A DNA stretch of 42,153 nucleotides from Rhodoferax sp. (GCA_031411175.1 JANOAP010000081.1:1-42153); one strand, 5' to 3'. Numbered from the stretch's first letter, positions 7,599-16,137 are shown. Numbers and translations are program-made. Notes: generated by a model not told the origin, from the letters alone.

Positions 7599-8785
7599 GT
7601 GTTGCATCGCCTTCAGGCCTGCGCGCCCTGCGCGGCAAGACCGCCATTGCCGGTGTGGCCACCTTCGGCTGTGGTGAAGCTCCCGGCTTCACCGACATGG
7701 AGTTGCTGGCCCGCTCGGCCCGCGCTGCGGTGGCCGATGCCGGGTTGAAGATGAGTGACATCGACGGCCTTTGCACGGCCAGTGTGGCATCCACCATGTG
7801 GCCCATGCCGGTCATCGAACACCTGGGGCTCAACCCCCGCTACATCGACGGAACCATGCTGGGCGGCTCCAGCTTTATTGCCCACCTGCTGCCTGCCATG
7901 CACGCGCTGCAATCCGGGCAATGCAATGCCGTGCTGGTCTGCTACGGCAGCGCTCAGCGCTCGGGTGTCTTCAGCCGGGCCGAGATTGCCCGCGCACGTC
8001 GGGCGCTGGACCCGCAGCCTTATGAGGCACCCTACGAGCCGATGATGCCGGTGTCAGCCTATGCGCTGGCCACGTCGCGCCACATGCACCAATACGGCAC
8101 CACGCGCCGCCAGCTGGCCGAGGTGGCGGTGGCCGCGCGCGGCTGGGCTCAGCTCAACCCTGAAGCTTTCATGCGAGACCCGCTGAGCATTGACGACGTG
8201 CTCAAGTCCCGCATGGTGTCAGACCCACTCTCGGTACGCGACTGCTGTCTGGTGACTGATGGCGGTGGTGCCTACGTGCTGGTGCGTGCCGACCGCGCCA
8301 AAGACCTGCCTCACAAACCCGTGTATATGCTGGGCAATGCCACCGCCGTGTGGAACCGGCAAATCTCCAGCATGCCCGACCTCACGGTCACTGCAGCCAC
8401 CCAGTCGGGCCGTGAGGCCTATGCTATGGCGGGCCTGTCGGCCCATGACATCAACGTGGTGCAGTTGTATGACGCGTTCACCATCAACACCCTGCTGTTT
8501 CTGGAAGACCTGGGCTTTTGCAAGAAAGGCGAGGGCGGCGCGTTTGTGGAAGGCGGTGCCATTGCACCGGGCGGCAAGCTGCCGGTGAACACCAACGGCG
8601 GCGGCTTGTCTTGCGTGCACCCCGGCATGTACGGCATCTTTGCGTTGATTGAGGCGGTGCGCCAGTTGCGTGGCGATTGCGGCGCGCGCCAGGTGGCGGG
8701 TGCGCAGACGGCCCTGGCGCATGGCAATGGCGGCACGCTGTCCAGCCAGGCCACCGCCATTCTGGGGACTGCCGAGGCGCTTTGA
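7595..8785 (+). CDS. Thiolase-fold protein of the SCP-x / lipid-transfer (Ltp) type lacking the catalytic cysteines; candidate retro-aldolase
   Basis: 396 aa with thiolase-superfamily architecture (NTNGGGLSCVHPGMYG loop). The nucleophile position reads TMLGGSSF, the HDCF position reads LYDAF and the C-terminal CxG position reads AHGNGG. It is translationally coupled to the DUF35 gene. Confidence 0.8.
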   Translation: MSVASPSGLRALRGKTAIAGVATFGCGEAPGFTDMELLARSARAAVADAGLKMSDIDGLCTASVASTMWPMPVIEHLGLNPRYIDGTMLGGSSFIAHLLPAMHALQSGQCNAVLVCYGSAQRSGVFSRAEIARARRALDPQPYEAPYEPMMPVSAYALATSRHMHQYGTTRRQLAEVAVAARGWAQLNPEAFMRDPLSIDDVLKSRMVSDPLSVRDCCLVTDGGGAYVLVRADRAKDLPHKPVYMLGNATAVWNRQISSMPDLTVTAATQSGREAYAMAGLSAHDINVVQLYDAFTINTLLFLEDLGFCKKGEGGAFVEGGAIAPGGKLPVNTNGGGLSCVHPGMYGIFALIEAVRQLRGDCGARQVAGAQTALAHGNGGTLSSQATAILGTAEAL

Positions 8786-8888
8786 AGGCCGTACCGGCTG
8801 AACCCGGTAACGGATCTGGTTACTATTAAATTGGTAGCTACTCAAGCACGTAGTACAAAGGCTACAGGCCTATTTGAAGGAGATTTTT

Positions 8889-10055
8889 GTGATTCGAGAC
8901 CCCGAAACCCTGTCTGCACTGCTGGACACCGTGAACCGCTTCGTGCGCGAGCGCCTGGTGCCTGCCGAAGCCCTGGTGGCCGAGACCGATGAGATCCCCC
9001 CGGACCTGGTGCAAGCCATGAAGGAAATGGGTCTGTTTGGCCTGACGGTGCCCGAGGAATACGGTGGCTTTGCGCTAACCATGGAAGAAGAAGTGATGGT
9101 CATGCTGGCCATGGGCCAGACCTCGCCCTGCTTTCGCTCGCTGTTTGGCACCACGGTGGGCATCGGCTCGCAGGGCATTGTGTTTGACGGCACACCGGAG
9201 CAAAAGGCCAAATACCTGCCACGCCTTGCCACCGGTGATCTGGTGGCATCTTTTGCATTGACCGAGCCCGATGCAGGCTCAGATGCCGCGTCGCTGCGCA
9301 CCACCGCCATCAAGGGCACGGACGCGGATGGCGAGCACTACATCGTCAACGGCACCAAGCGCTACATCACCAATGCGCCGCATGCCGGCATTTTCACGCT
9401 GATGGCGCGCACCAACCCGGCGGACAAGGGCGCGGGCGGTGTTTCGGCCTTCATCGTGGAAGCCAATACGCCCGGCATCACGATCGGCAAGGTCGATAAA
9501 AAAATGGGCCAGCGCGGCGCGCACACGGCGGACGTGATTTTTGAGAACTGCCGCGTACCGGCCAGCCAGCTCATGGGTGGCAGAGAGGGCCAGGGCTTCA
9601 AGACAGCGATGAAGGTGCTGGAAAAAGGCCGCATTCACATTGCCGCCATCTGTGTGGGCGTGGCCGAGCGCATGCAGCGCGACGCGTTGCACTACGCCAT
9701 GGAGCGCAAGCAGTTTGGCCAGCCCATCGCCGAGTTCCAGCTGGTGCAGGCCATGCTGGCTGACAGCCAGGCCGAGCTGTATGCCGCAAAGTGCATGGTG
9801 ATTGATGCTGCCCGCAAGCGGGATGAGGGGCTGAACGTGTCGACCGAGGCATCCTGCTGCAAGCTGTTTGCGTCCGAGATGTGTGGCCGCGTGGCCGACC
9901 GCGCGGTGCAGATTTTTGGTGGCGCAGGCTACCTCAGCGAATACGGCATTGAGCGGTTTTACCGCGACGTGCGCCTGTTTCGCCTGTACGAAGGCACCAG
10001 CCAGATTCAGCAGATTGTGATTGCGCGTAACCTGGTGCGTGAAGCCAGGCGCTGA
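8889..10055 (+). CDS. Acyl-CoA dehydrogenase, MCAD-type catalytic Glu
   Basis: GAAGGAG at 8876-8882 sits 6 nt before the GTG at 8889; the ORF-track start at 8874 is a TTG inside the RBS. The C-terminus LYEGTSQIQQIVIARNL carries the canonical YEGT catalytic Glu. Confidence 0.9.
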   Translation: MIRDPETLSALLDTVNRFVRERLVPAEALVAETDEIPPDLVQAMKEMGLFGLTVPEEYGGFALTMEEEVMVMLAMGQTSPCFRSLFGTTVGIGSQGIVFDGTPEQKAKYLPRLATGDLVASFALTEPDAGSDAASLRTTAIKGTDADGEHYIVNGTKRYITNAPHAGIFTLMARTNPADKGAGGVSAFIVEANTPGITIGKVDKKMGQRGAHTADVIFENCRVPASQLMGGREGQGFKTAMKVLEKGRIHIAAICVGVAERMQRDALHYAMERKQFGQPIAEFQLVQAMLADSQAELYAAKCMVIDAARKRDEGLNVSTEASCCKLFASEMCGRVADRAVQIFGGAGYLSEYGIERFYRDVRLFRLYEGTSQIQQIVIARNLVREARR

Positions 10056-10098
10056 TTCCCCCAGTTGGCCGCAACCCCGCCTTTTCTTGAAAGACCCC

Positions 10099-11070
10099 AT
10101 GAAGCCCACTTTCTCCCGCCGCACACTCATCACCTCTGCCGTCGCGCTGGCCTGCGGTAACGCGCTGGCGCAAGGCACGGCCTACCCGGCGCAAACTATC
10201 AAGCTGATCGTGCCTTACCCGGCAGGCGGCGCCACAGATGCGCTGGCTCGCATGGTGGGCCAGAAGCTGCAGGAGTCATGGAACGTGACGGTGGTGGTGG
10301 ACAACAAGCCCGGCGCGGGCGGCACCATCGGTAACAACCTGGTCGCCAAGGCCGCGCCAGACGGCTACACCGTGCTCATGGGCATCACCGCCATCATCCA
10401 GCAGCCCACACTGATGACCTTGCCCTACGATGCCGTCAAGGATTTCGCGCCGGTGACCCAGGTGGCCAGAAGCCCCAGCATGTTTGTGGTACCGCTCAGC
10501 TCGCCCGCCAGCACGCTGAAGGAATTTGTGGCTTTGGTCAAGGCCAACCCAGGCAAGTACAACTACGGCACTTACGGTGCGGGCACGTCATCGCACATTC
10601 AGGGCTCGCTGCTGAACCTGCAAGCCGGGCTGGACATGGTGCATGTGCCGTTTGCAGGGGCTGCGCCACTGGTCAACAACATGGTGGGGGGGCAACTGAC
10701 CTCGGCGTTTGTTGACATGGCTTCGGGCCGCGCGCACCTCAAGTCATTCAAGGCGCTGGCGGTGACGGGTACGCAGCGCTTGCCTGCCTTGCCGGACGCG
10801 CCCACGTTTCAAGAGCAGGGCTATCACTCGTTTGACCCCTATGGCTGGTTTGGCCTTTTCATGCCCGCTGCTACGTCCGGTGCTGTTGTCAACAAGTTCT
10901 CGGACGAAGTCAATCGCATCCTGCGCCTGCCCGACGTGGTGGCCCGCATTGAAGGTCTGGGCCTGTGGGTGGGTGGCGGCAAGCCTGAAGAGTTCGGGCA
11001 GATGGTGAAGTCCGATGCGGCGGTTTACGCGAAGATCATCAAAGACGCGGGTATCAAGTTGAGCCAATGA
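10099..11070 (+). CDS. Bug-family (TctC-like) tripartite tricarboxylate transporter periplasmic substrate-binding protein
   Basis: Trimmed to the ATG at 10099 (MKPTFSRRTLITSAVALACGNALA, an RR-containing signal). The mature N-terminus YPAQTIKLIVPYPAGGATD and NKPGAGG are Bug hallmarks. Confidence 0.9.
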   Translation: MKPTFSRRTLITSAVALACGNALAQGTAYPAQTIKLIVPYPAGGATDALARMVGQKLQESWNVTVVVDNKPGAGGTIGNNLVAKAAPDGYTVLMGITAIIQQPTLMTLPYDAVKDFAPVTQVARSPSMFVVPLSSPASTLKEFVALVKANPGKYNYGTYGAGTSSHIQGSLLNLQAGLDMVHVPFAGAAPLVNNMVGGQLTSAFVDMASGRAHLKSFKALAVTGTQRLPALPDAPTFQEQGYHSFDPYGWFGLFMPAATSGAVVNKFSDEVNRILRLPDVVARIEGLGLWVGGGKPEEFGQMVKSDAAVYAKIIKDAGIKLSQ

Positions 11071-12269
11071 TGACGCGAGCACTATTGCCCTATACCGGGC
11101 CCTACACCGGCCTGCGCATTCTGGACATGAGCCAGGGCATTGCAGGGCCTTACTGCGCGCAAATCCTGTGGCAGCAAGGGGCTGACGTTGTCAAGGTCGA
11201 ACCCCTGAGTGGCGACTGGGGCCGCTTTGTGGGGGTCGTGCGCGGCGAGCACAGTGCGCTGTCGATCCAGTTCAATGCAGGCAAGCGCAGCGTGGCGATT
11301 GATGGCCGGGGCGAGGCGGGCAGGGCGTTGCTGCACAGCATGGCGGTGCAGGCAGACATCATCGTGCAGAACTTTCGCCCCGGCGTGATGGAGCGCATGG
11401 GTCTGGGCTACGCGGCGCTGGCAGCCCGCAAGCCTGATCTGGTGTACGTATCGATCAGCGGCTATGGTCCCGATGGCCCCTATGCCGATGCGCCCGCGTC
11501 AGACTCTGTCATGCAGGCCGACAGTGGCCTGATGGTCACCAACCAGGACGCGCAGGGTCAGCCCCGGCGCGTTGGCATGCTGATGGCCGACGTGGTCACC
11601 GGTCTGTATGCGGCGCAGGCCACATCGGCTGCGCTGTACCAGCGGCTGGCCCGCAAGTTGGGTAGCCATGTGGAGGTGAGTCTTTTTGAAGCCTGTGCCT
11701 CGTTTCAGGGCGTCAATTTCCTGGAGCACGCGATGGCGGGCCAGCGCCCCTTTGGTGCCGTCAGTGCGCCTAACGGCGTGTTTGCCACGGCAGATGGTCA
11801 GATTACGCTGCTGGCCTTGAACAACGACCATTTCGCCCGTGTATGTCGGGCGCTGGAGCGACCTGCGTGGCTGGCCGATGCGCGCTTTGCCGACAATGTC
11901 TCCCGCATGGCGCATTGCGATGTGCTGCATCGCGCTATTGACGAGCTGCTGATGCAGCAACCCAGCGCCTTCTGGATGGCCCGCTTGCAGGCGCATGATG
12001 TGCTGCACGCCCCCGTTCGCGGGTTTGATGCTGTCATGGCGCATCCGCAGGCCACGCATCTGAACATGTTCACGCCCCTGGCGCAGCCCGGCTTTGTCAA
12101 TCTGCCCCACATGGGGTTGCCGGCCACGGTGTTTCGTCGTGAGGCACTGTATGCGCCGCGCATCGGCGAACATTCAGTGCAGGTACTGCTGGATGCCGGG
12201 CAAGACGGAGCGCACATTCAGCGACTCATTAACGCTGGCGTCGTCGCTCAGGCCCCGGCACTGGTGTGA
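11067..12269 (+). CDS. Family III CoA-transferase (CaiB/BaiF/Frc type)
   Basis: ATGA overlap with the upstream Bug gene. Has GLRILDMSQGIAGPYCAQILWQQGADVVKVEP, NFRPGVMERMGLGY and a conserved Asp region MLMADVVTG. Confidence 0.9.
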   Translation: MMTRALLPYTGPYTGLRILDMSQGIAGPYCAQILWQQGADVVKVEPLSGDWGRFVGVVRGEHSALSIQFNAGKRSVAIDGRGEAGRALLHSMAVQADIIVQNFRPGVMERMGLGYAALAARKPDLVYVSISGYGPDGPYADAPASDSVMQADSGLMVTNQDAQGQPRRVGMLMADVVTGLYAAQATSAALYQRLARKLGSHVEVSLFEACASFQGVNFLEHAMAGQRPFGAVSAPNGVFATADGQITLLALNNDHFARVCRALERPAWLADARFADNVSRMAHCDVLHRAIDELLMQQPSAFWMARLQAHDVLHAPVRGFDAVMAHPQATHLNMFTPLAQPGFVNLPHMGLPATVFRREALYAPRIGEHSVQVLLDAGQDGAHIQRLINAGVVAQAPALV

Positions 12270-12315
12270 GACTCTGGCTGACCCTATTTTTTGGCTTTAC
12301 TAGGAAATTTGAAAC

Positions 12316-13356
12316 ATGAACCACTATCGGAATCACCAACACAGCTTTTCCCTGCTTGGCCGACGTGCCCTTTCTCTTTCCTTTTCCTTGTCTTTGCCTC
12401 TTTGCCTGGGCGTGCTGGCGTTGATCAATGCAACCGGCGTGCAGGCGCAACCGGTTGGCTCCTACCCCTCCAAAACCATTCGCATGGTTGTGCCTTACCC
12501 GCCCGGTGGCCCTACCGATTTGACGGCGCGCTTGGTTGCCGTGGAGATGAGCAAGACGCTGGGTCAGACGATTATTGTGGACAACAAGGCCGGTGCCAGC
12601 GGCATGATTGGCGCTGAAATGGTGGCGCATGCCGAACCTGATGGCTACACCTTTCTGGCCAACGCGTCTTTGCATGTCATCAACCCCAGCATTTACCCCG
12701 ACATGCGGTTTGATGCGTTCAAGGACTTTGTGCCCATTACCCAGCTGGCTGCCGTGCCGCTGGTGCTGGTGGTGCCTGCCAGCTCACCCATCAGATCCCT
12801 GAAAGACCTGGTCGAATATGGCAAGAAAAATCCTGCCAAGCTGAGTTTTGCGTCCGCGGGCAATGCATCGTCGCAGCAGCTTGCCGGTGAGTCATTCAAG
12901 ATTGCGGCGGGTATCGACATGCAGCACGTGCCTTACAAAGGCAGTGCACCCGCGTTGACCGATGTGATCGGTGGGCAGGTGCAGCTCATGTTTGACTCCA
13001 TGCCATCGGCCATGCCGTTCATCAAGTCCGGCAAGCTGCGTGCGCTGGCCGTCACCACCGAAAAGCGGGCGCAGGCATTGCCTGATTTACCCACCATTGC
13101 CGAGTCGGGCTACCCTGGTTTTGACATCAGTACCTGGTACGGCTTCTGGGCCCCTAAAGGCACACCCGCTCCCATCGTGGCCAAGCTGGCAGAAGCCGCA
13201 GCACGGGCTTTGAAAGTGCCGCAAATTGTGGATCAATACGGCGGCATGGGCGCGGAACCGGTGGGTTCCACGCCCGCCGAGTTCGCCCGCTACAACACGA
13301 CCGAGGGCGTGAAGTGGGCCGACATTGTGCGCAAGTCAGGTGCTAAGGCAAACTGA
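12316..13356 (+). CDS. Bug-family (TctC-like) periplasmic substrate-binding protein
   Basis: Long RR-containing signal (LLGRRALSLSFSLSLPLCLGVLALINATGVQA). Mature YPSKTIRMVVPYPPGGPTD and NKAGASG. Confidence 0.9.
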   Translation: MNHYRNHQHSFSLLGRRALSLSFSLSLPLCLGVLALINATGVQAQPVGSYPSKTIRMVVPYPPGGPTDLTARLVAVEMSKTLGQTIIVDNKAGASGMIGAEMVAHAEPDGYTFLANASLHVINPSIYPDMRFDAFKDFVPITQLAAVPLVLVVPASSPIRSLKDLVEYGKKNPAKLSFASAGNASSQQLAGESFKIAAGIDMQHVPYKGSAPALTDVIGGQVQLMFDSMPSAMPFIKSGKLRALAVTTEKRAQALPDLPTIAESGYPGFDISTWYGFWAPKGTPAPIVAKLAEAAARALKVPQIVDQYGGMGAEPVGSTPAEFARYNTTEGVKWADIVRKSGAKAN

Positions 13357-13410
13357 AGCAGTTCATCACGCCGAAACTCAATACGTTTCAAACAACAGGA
13401 GACCCACACC

Positions 13411-14409
13411 ATGTTCCCATTTCAGTCACGTCTTCAAACACCACTGTCATCGCGCCGCCGTGCGCTTGCCAAAGGCTTGTTGGGGTGGGCGGCGCTGGTT
13501 CCTCTGAGCGCTTTGGCGCAGTCCCCCCAGACCATCAAGCTCGTTGTCGGCTATGCCGCCGGTGGCCCGGTGGATGCGGCGGCACGGCTGTTTGCACCTG
13601 CTTTCGCCAAGGAGCTGGGCCAGCCCGTGGTGGTGGAGAACCGCCCCGGCGCGGGCGGTGCCATGGGAGGTGACTCGGTGGCCAAGGCGGTGCCCAACGG
13701 CTTGCTGATCTTCTTTGCAGCCAGCCCCACCATGACGATCAGCCCGCACATCCTCAAGTCCATGCCGTTTGACCCGGCCAAAGACGTGACGCCGGTGGCA
13801 CCGATCCTGAGCTATTCCAATGTGCTGGTGGTCAACAAAGACCAAGCTTTCAGGACGGTGCCCGAGCTGGTGGCCTACGCCAAGGCCAACCCGGCCAAGG
13901 TGGCGTATGGCTCGGCAGGAATGGGGGCATCCAACCACCTCAGCGGTGAGCTTTTTGCGGCCCGCACTGGCACCCAACTCACCCACGTGCCTTACAAAGG
14001 CAACGCCCCGGCCATGACGGACGTGATTGGTGGCCAGATCAACATGATGTTTGACATCATCGGCAGCGCCCGCAACTACGTTGCATCAGGCCGTGTGCGC
14101 GCTGTGGCAGTGACCTCGCGTGAGCGCAACGCATCCATGCCGGATGTACCCACCATGCGCGAGGCAGGCATTGCCGATTACGAGGTGGGCGGCTGGTACG
14201 GCTTGTATGGCCCGGCCAGGCTCCCCGCCGACATTGTGGCCCGCTACAACGAAGCTACGCGCAAGGCGCTGGCCAGTGACGAGTTGAAGAGCCGGCTGAT
14301 CGAACAGGGCTACGACTTGTGGACTGGCTCGCCCCAGATGCTCGCTGAGCGCGCTGCCCGCGAGCTGTCGCTGTGGGCCACCGTGACCAAGGGCATTCAG
14401 GTGGAGTAG
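13411..14409 (+). CDS. Bug-family (TctC-like) periplasmic substrate-binding protein
   Basis: AGGAG at 13396-13400. RRR-containing signal (PLSSRRRALAKGLLGWAALVPLSALA). Mature QTIKLVVGYAAGGPVD and NRPGAGG. Confidence 0.9.
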   Translation: MFPFQSRLQTPLSSRRRALAKGLLGWAALVPLSALAQSPQTIKLVVGYAAGGPVDAAARLFAPAFAKELGQPVVVENRPGAGGAMGGDSVAKAVPNGLLIFFAASPTMTISPHILKSMPFDPAKDVTPVAPILSYSNVLVVNKDQAFRTVPELVAYAKANPAKVAYGSAGMGASNHLSGELFAARTGTQLTHVPYKGNAPAMTDVIGGQINMMFDIIGSARNYVASGRVRAVAVTSRERNASMPDVPTMREAGIADYEVGGWYGLYGPARLPADIVARYNEATRKALASDELKSRLIEQGYDLWTGSPQMLAERAARELSLWATVTKGIQVE

Positions 14410-14429
14410 GGCGGCTAAGAATAAAGCGT

Positions 14430-14912
14430 TTAATTCAGCGTGGCAGCCAGCGCCGCAAGCTGGTCGGTGGCAATGCCCCAGCCTTCGTGAAACCCCATCT
14501 TCTCGTGGGCGGCGCAATCCTCAGCCGTCCAGTGGCGCGCCCGCGCGATGTAGCGGGTTTGGCCGCCTTCCTCCTCAAACGTCAGGATGCCGGTGAAGAA
14601 CGGTTTGCCCGACGGCACCCATGCCGAGGTGTAGGCGTCGGTGAAGACGATGCGCTCGTTTTTCACCACCTCAAGGTAAATGCCGAGGTTGGGCACCTTC
14701 GTGCCGTCGGGGCCCTGCATGGTGATGCAGCTGGAACCACCGGCGCGCACATCAATCTCAGCGGCGATGGTTTTCCAGGGCGGCGGCGTGAACCATTGCG
14801 TGATGAGCGCCGGCTCGGTCCAGCAGCGAAACAGCTTGGCGCGCGGCACGTTGATCAGGCGGTTGACGACGAGTTCGTGGACGGCAGTGGCGTCGGGTGC
14901 TGGCAGGCCCAT
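14430..14912 (-). CDS. SRPBCC-superfamily protein (AHSA1 / activator of Hsp90 ATPase homolog-like domain)
   Basis: 160 aa. NRLINVPRAKLFRCWTEPALITQWFTPPPW...FEEEGGQTRY...HEKMGFHEGWGIATDQLAAL is the typical AHSA1/SRPBCC pattern. Confidence 0.75.
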   Translation of the reverse strand: MGLPAPDATAVHELVVNRLINVPRAKLFRCWTEPALITQWFTPPPWKTIAAEIDVRAGGSSCITMQGPDGTKVPNLGIYLEVVKNERIVFTDAYTSAWVPSGKPFFTGILTFEEEGGQTRYIARARHWTAEDCAAHEKMGFHEGWGIATDQLAALAATLN

Positions 14913-15043
14913 GGTGGTGCTTCCTTCTAAAAGACTTGGTATTGGTGGGTGCCCAGCACGTTGGGACTATATCTACCGACGATGGGGTGTCAAGCTGGCG
15001 TCGGGCGCTCGGTGGACACATTGCTTCTCACACCTGCACACCA

Positions 15044-15083
15044 GAAAGCAAAAAGCCATTCAGGCATTTGGCATGAAAGGCTT
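15044..15083 (-). terminator. Rho-independent terminator downstream of the tRNA
   Basis: Minus-strand RNA reads AAGCC-U-UUCA-U-GC[CAAAU]GC-C-UGAA-U-GGCUU followed by UUUUGCUUUCU. That is 11 bp in three helical segments, a 5-nt loop and a U-rich tail, starting 12 nt after the tRNA 3' end. Confidence 0.6.
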
Positions 15084-15094
15084 CTTTGAAAATC

Positions 15095-15171
15095 TGGTGG
15101 TGATAGGTGGATTTGAACCACCGACATCAGCATTATGAATGCTGCGCTCTAACCAACTGAGCTATATCACC
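15095..15171 (-). tRNA. tRNA with CAU anticodon: elongator tRNA-Met, or tRNA-Ile2 if lysidine-modified; not an initiator
   Basis: Reverse complement: GGTGATA TA GCTC AGTTGGTTA GAGC G CAGCA TTCATAA TGCTG ATGTC GGTGG TTCAAAT CCACC TATCACC A CCA. It forms a perfect cloverleaf with an encoded CCA. G1-C72 is paired and there is no GGG/CCC anticodon stem, so it is not tRNA-fMet. Confidence 0.9.
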
Positions 15172-15182
15172 GTAAGCCCAAG

Positions 15183-15188
15183 ATTATA
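15183..15188 (-). promoter_or_regulatory. Candidate -10 hexamer (TATAAT) for the tRNA gene
   Basis: The minus strand reads ...ctgccaaatcggTATAATcttgggcttac followed by the tRNA 5' end. It is a perfect -10 hexamer 11 nt upstream of the mature 5' end, with no convincing -35. Confidence 0.3.
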
Positions 15189-15230
15189 CCGATTTGGCAG
15201 CCCGGCCCACTTCGGCTTATTCGTTTCGCG

Positions 15231-16025
15231 TTACTGGTGGGTGAATGCAGCCTTGCGCTTGTTCACAAACGCATCCATGCCTTCCTTCTGGTCCGCCGTA
15301 GAGAACAGCGCATGGAACACGCGGCGTTCAAACATGATGCCGTCAGACAGGGTGCCTTCAAAGGAACGGTTAACGGTTTCCTTGGCTGCCATCACGGCGA
15401 TTTGTGAGTAATCACTGATCATGAGCGCCGCGCCCAACGCCTCTTCCATGAGTTTGTCCAGGGGCACAACGCGGCTGACCAGCCCGGCACGCTCGGCCTC
15501 GGTAGCGTCCATCATGCGGCCGGTCAGGGCCAGGTCCATGGCTTTGGCCTTTCCCACGGCGCGCGGCAGACGCTGGGTGCCGCCTGCGCCGGGGATGATC
15601 CCCAACTTGATTTCGGGTTGGCCAAATTTGGCGTTGTCGGCGGCGATGATGAAGTCGCACATCATGGCGAGCTCGCAGCCACCCCCCAGCGCAAAGCCGC
15701 TCACCGCTGCAATCACGGGCTTGCGCACGCTGCGAATGGTCTCCCAGTTGCGGGTGATGTAGTCCCCCTTGTACACATCGGCAAAAGTGTAGGTGGCCAT
15801 GGCGCCGATGTCGGCACCGGCGGCAAAGGCTTTCTCATTGCCGGTAATGATCATGCAGCCAATGGCGGCATCCGCGTCAAACGCCTTGAGCGCATTGCCC
15901 AGCTCGGTCATCAGTTGCTCGTTCAAGGCATTGAGTTGCTTGGGGCGGTTCAGGGTGACGATGCCGACCTTGCCGCCTTCGGTGCGGACCGTGATCAGTT
16001 CATAAGTCTTTTGTGCTTCAGCCAT
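15231..16025 (-). CDS. Enoyl-CoA hydratase (crotonase family, ECHS1/PaaF-like)
   Basis: 264 aa. Has [57 protein letters not shown] and both catalytic Glu contexts. It is divergent from paaG. Confidence 0.9.
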   Translation of the reverse strand: MAEAQKTYELITVRTEGGKVGIVTLNRPKQLNALNEQLMTELGNALKAFDADAAIGCMIITGNEKAFAAGADIGAMATYTFADVYKGDYITRNWETIRSVRKPVIAAVSGFALGGGCELAMMCDFIIAADNAKFGQPEIKLGIIPGAGGTQRLPRAVGKAKAMDLALTGRMMDATEAERAGLVSRVVPLDKLMEEALGAALMISDYSQIAVMAAKETVNRSFEGTLSDGIMFERRVFHALFSTADQKEGMDAFVNKRKAAFTHQ

Positions 16026-16120
16026 ATCGTTCTCCGGTTTCAGGGTTGAAGGTTGACTATAACGAACCCCACACAGACCCTACTCAAGGGAAATCAGGGG
16101 GCACAATGGCATGCAAATTA

Positions 16121-16137
16121 ACCGACCGCTCGGTCGG
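16121..16137. promoter_or_regulatory. Palindromic operator candidate (PaaR/TetR-type) in the crotonase / paaG divergent region
   Basis: ACCGACCGCTCGGTCGG has 7-bp arms ccgaccg/cggtcgg around a 2-nt centre. The core fits ACCG-N2-CG-N2-CGGT and lies ~45 nt upstream of the paaG ATG. Confidence 0.4.

Noticed and set aside
8786-8888. Possible internal terminator or attenuator between the thiolase-fold gene and the second ACAD: hairpin cgTACCGG-ctgaac-CCGGTAacg at about 8789-8811, followed by an AT-rich segment containing GTAGCTAC.
   Set aside because: The stem is short and bulged and is not followed by a U tract. The downstream gene has a strong RBS and the same orientation, so simple operon continuity is the more economical reading.
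4949-15171. Possible tRNA-anchored genomic island. The tRNA(CAU) 3' end faces the catabolic cluster, and a 10-mer at 4949-4958 (tggtgacagg) matches the tRNA 3' acceptor/T-arm segment tggtgatagg (15098-15107) at 9 of 10 positions, like a degenerate att repeat.
   Set aside because: There is no integrase, excisionase, transposase or other mobility gene anywhere between the two sites. The match is short, imperfect and decays immediately, and a 9/10 hit somewhere along a 77-nt query is not improbable by chance. I retained it only as a caveat for comparative genomics.
15095-15171. Considered calling the CAU-anticodon tRNA an initiator tRNA-fMet.
   Set aside because: Position 1-72 is a normal G-C pair, and the anticodon stem is CAGCA/TGCTG rather than carrying the three consecutive G-C pairs of initiators. 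Elongator Met versus lysidine-modified Ile2 cannot be resolved by eye.
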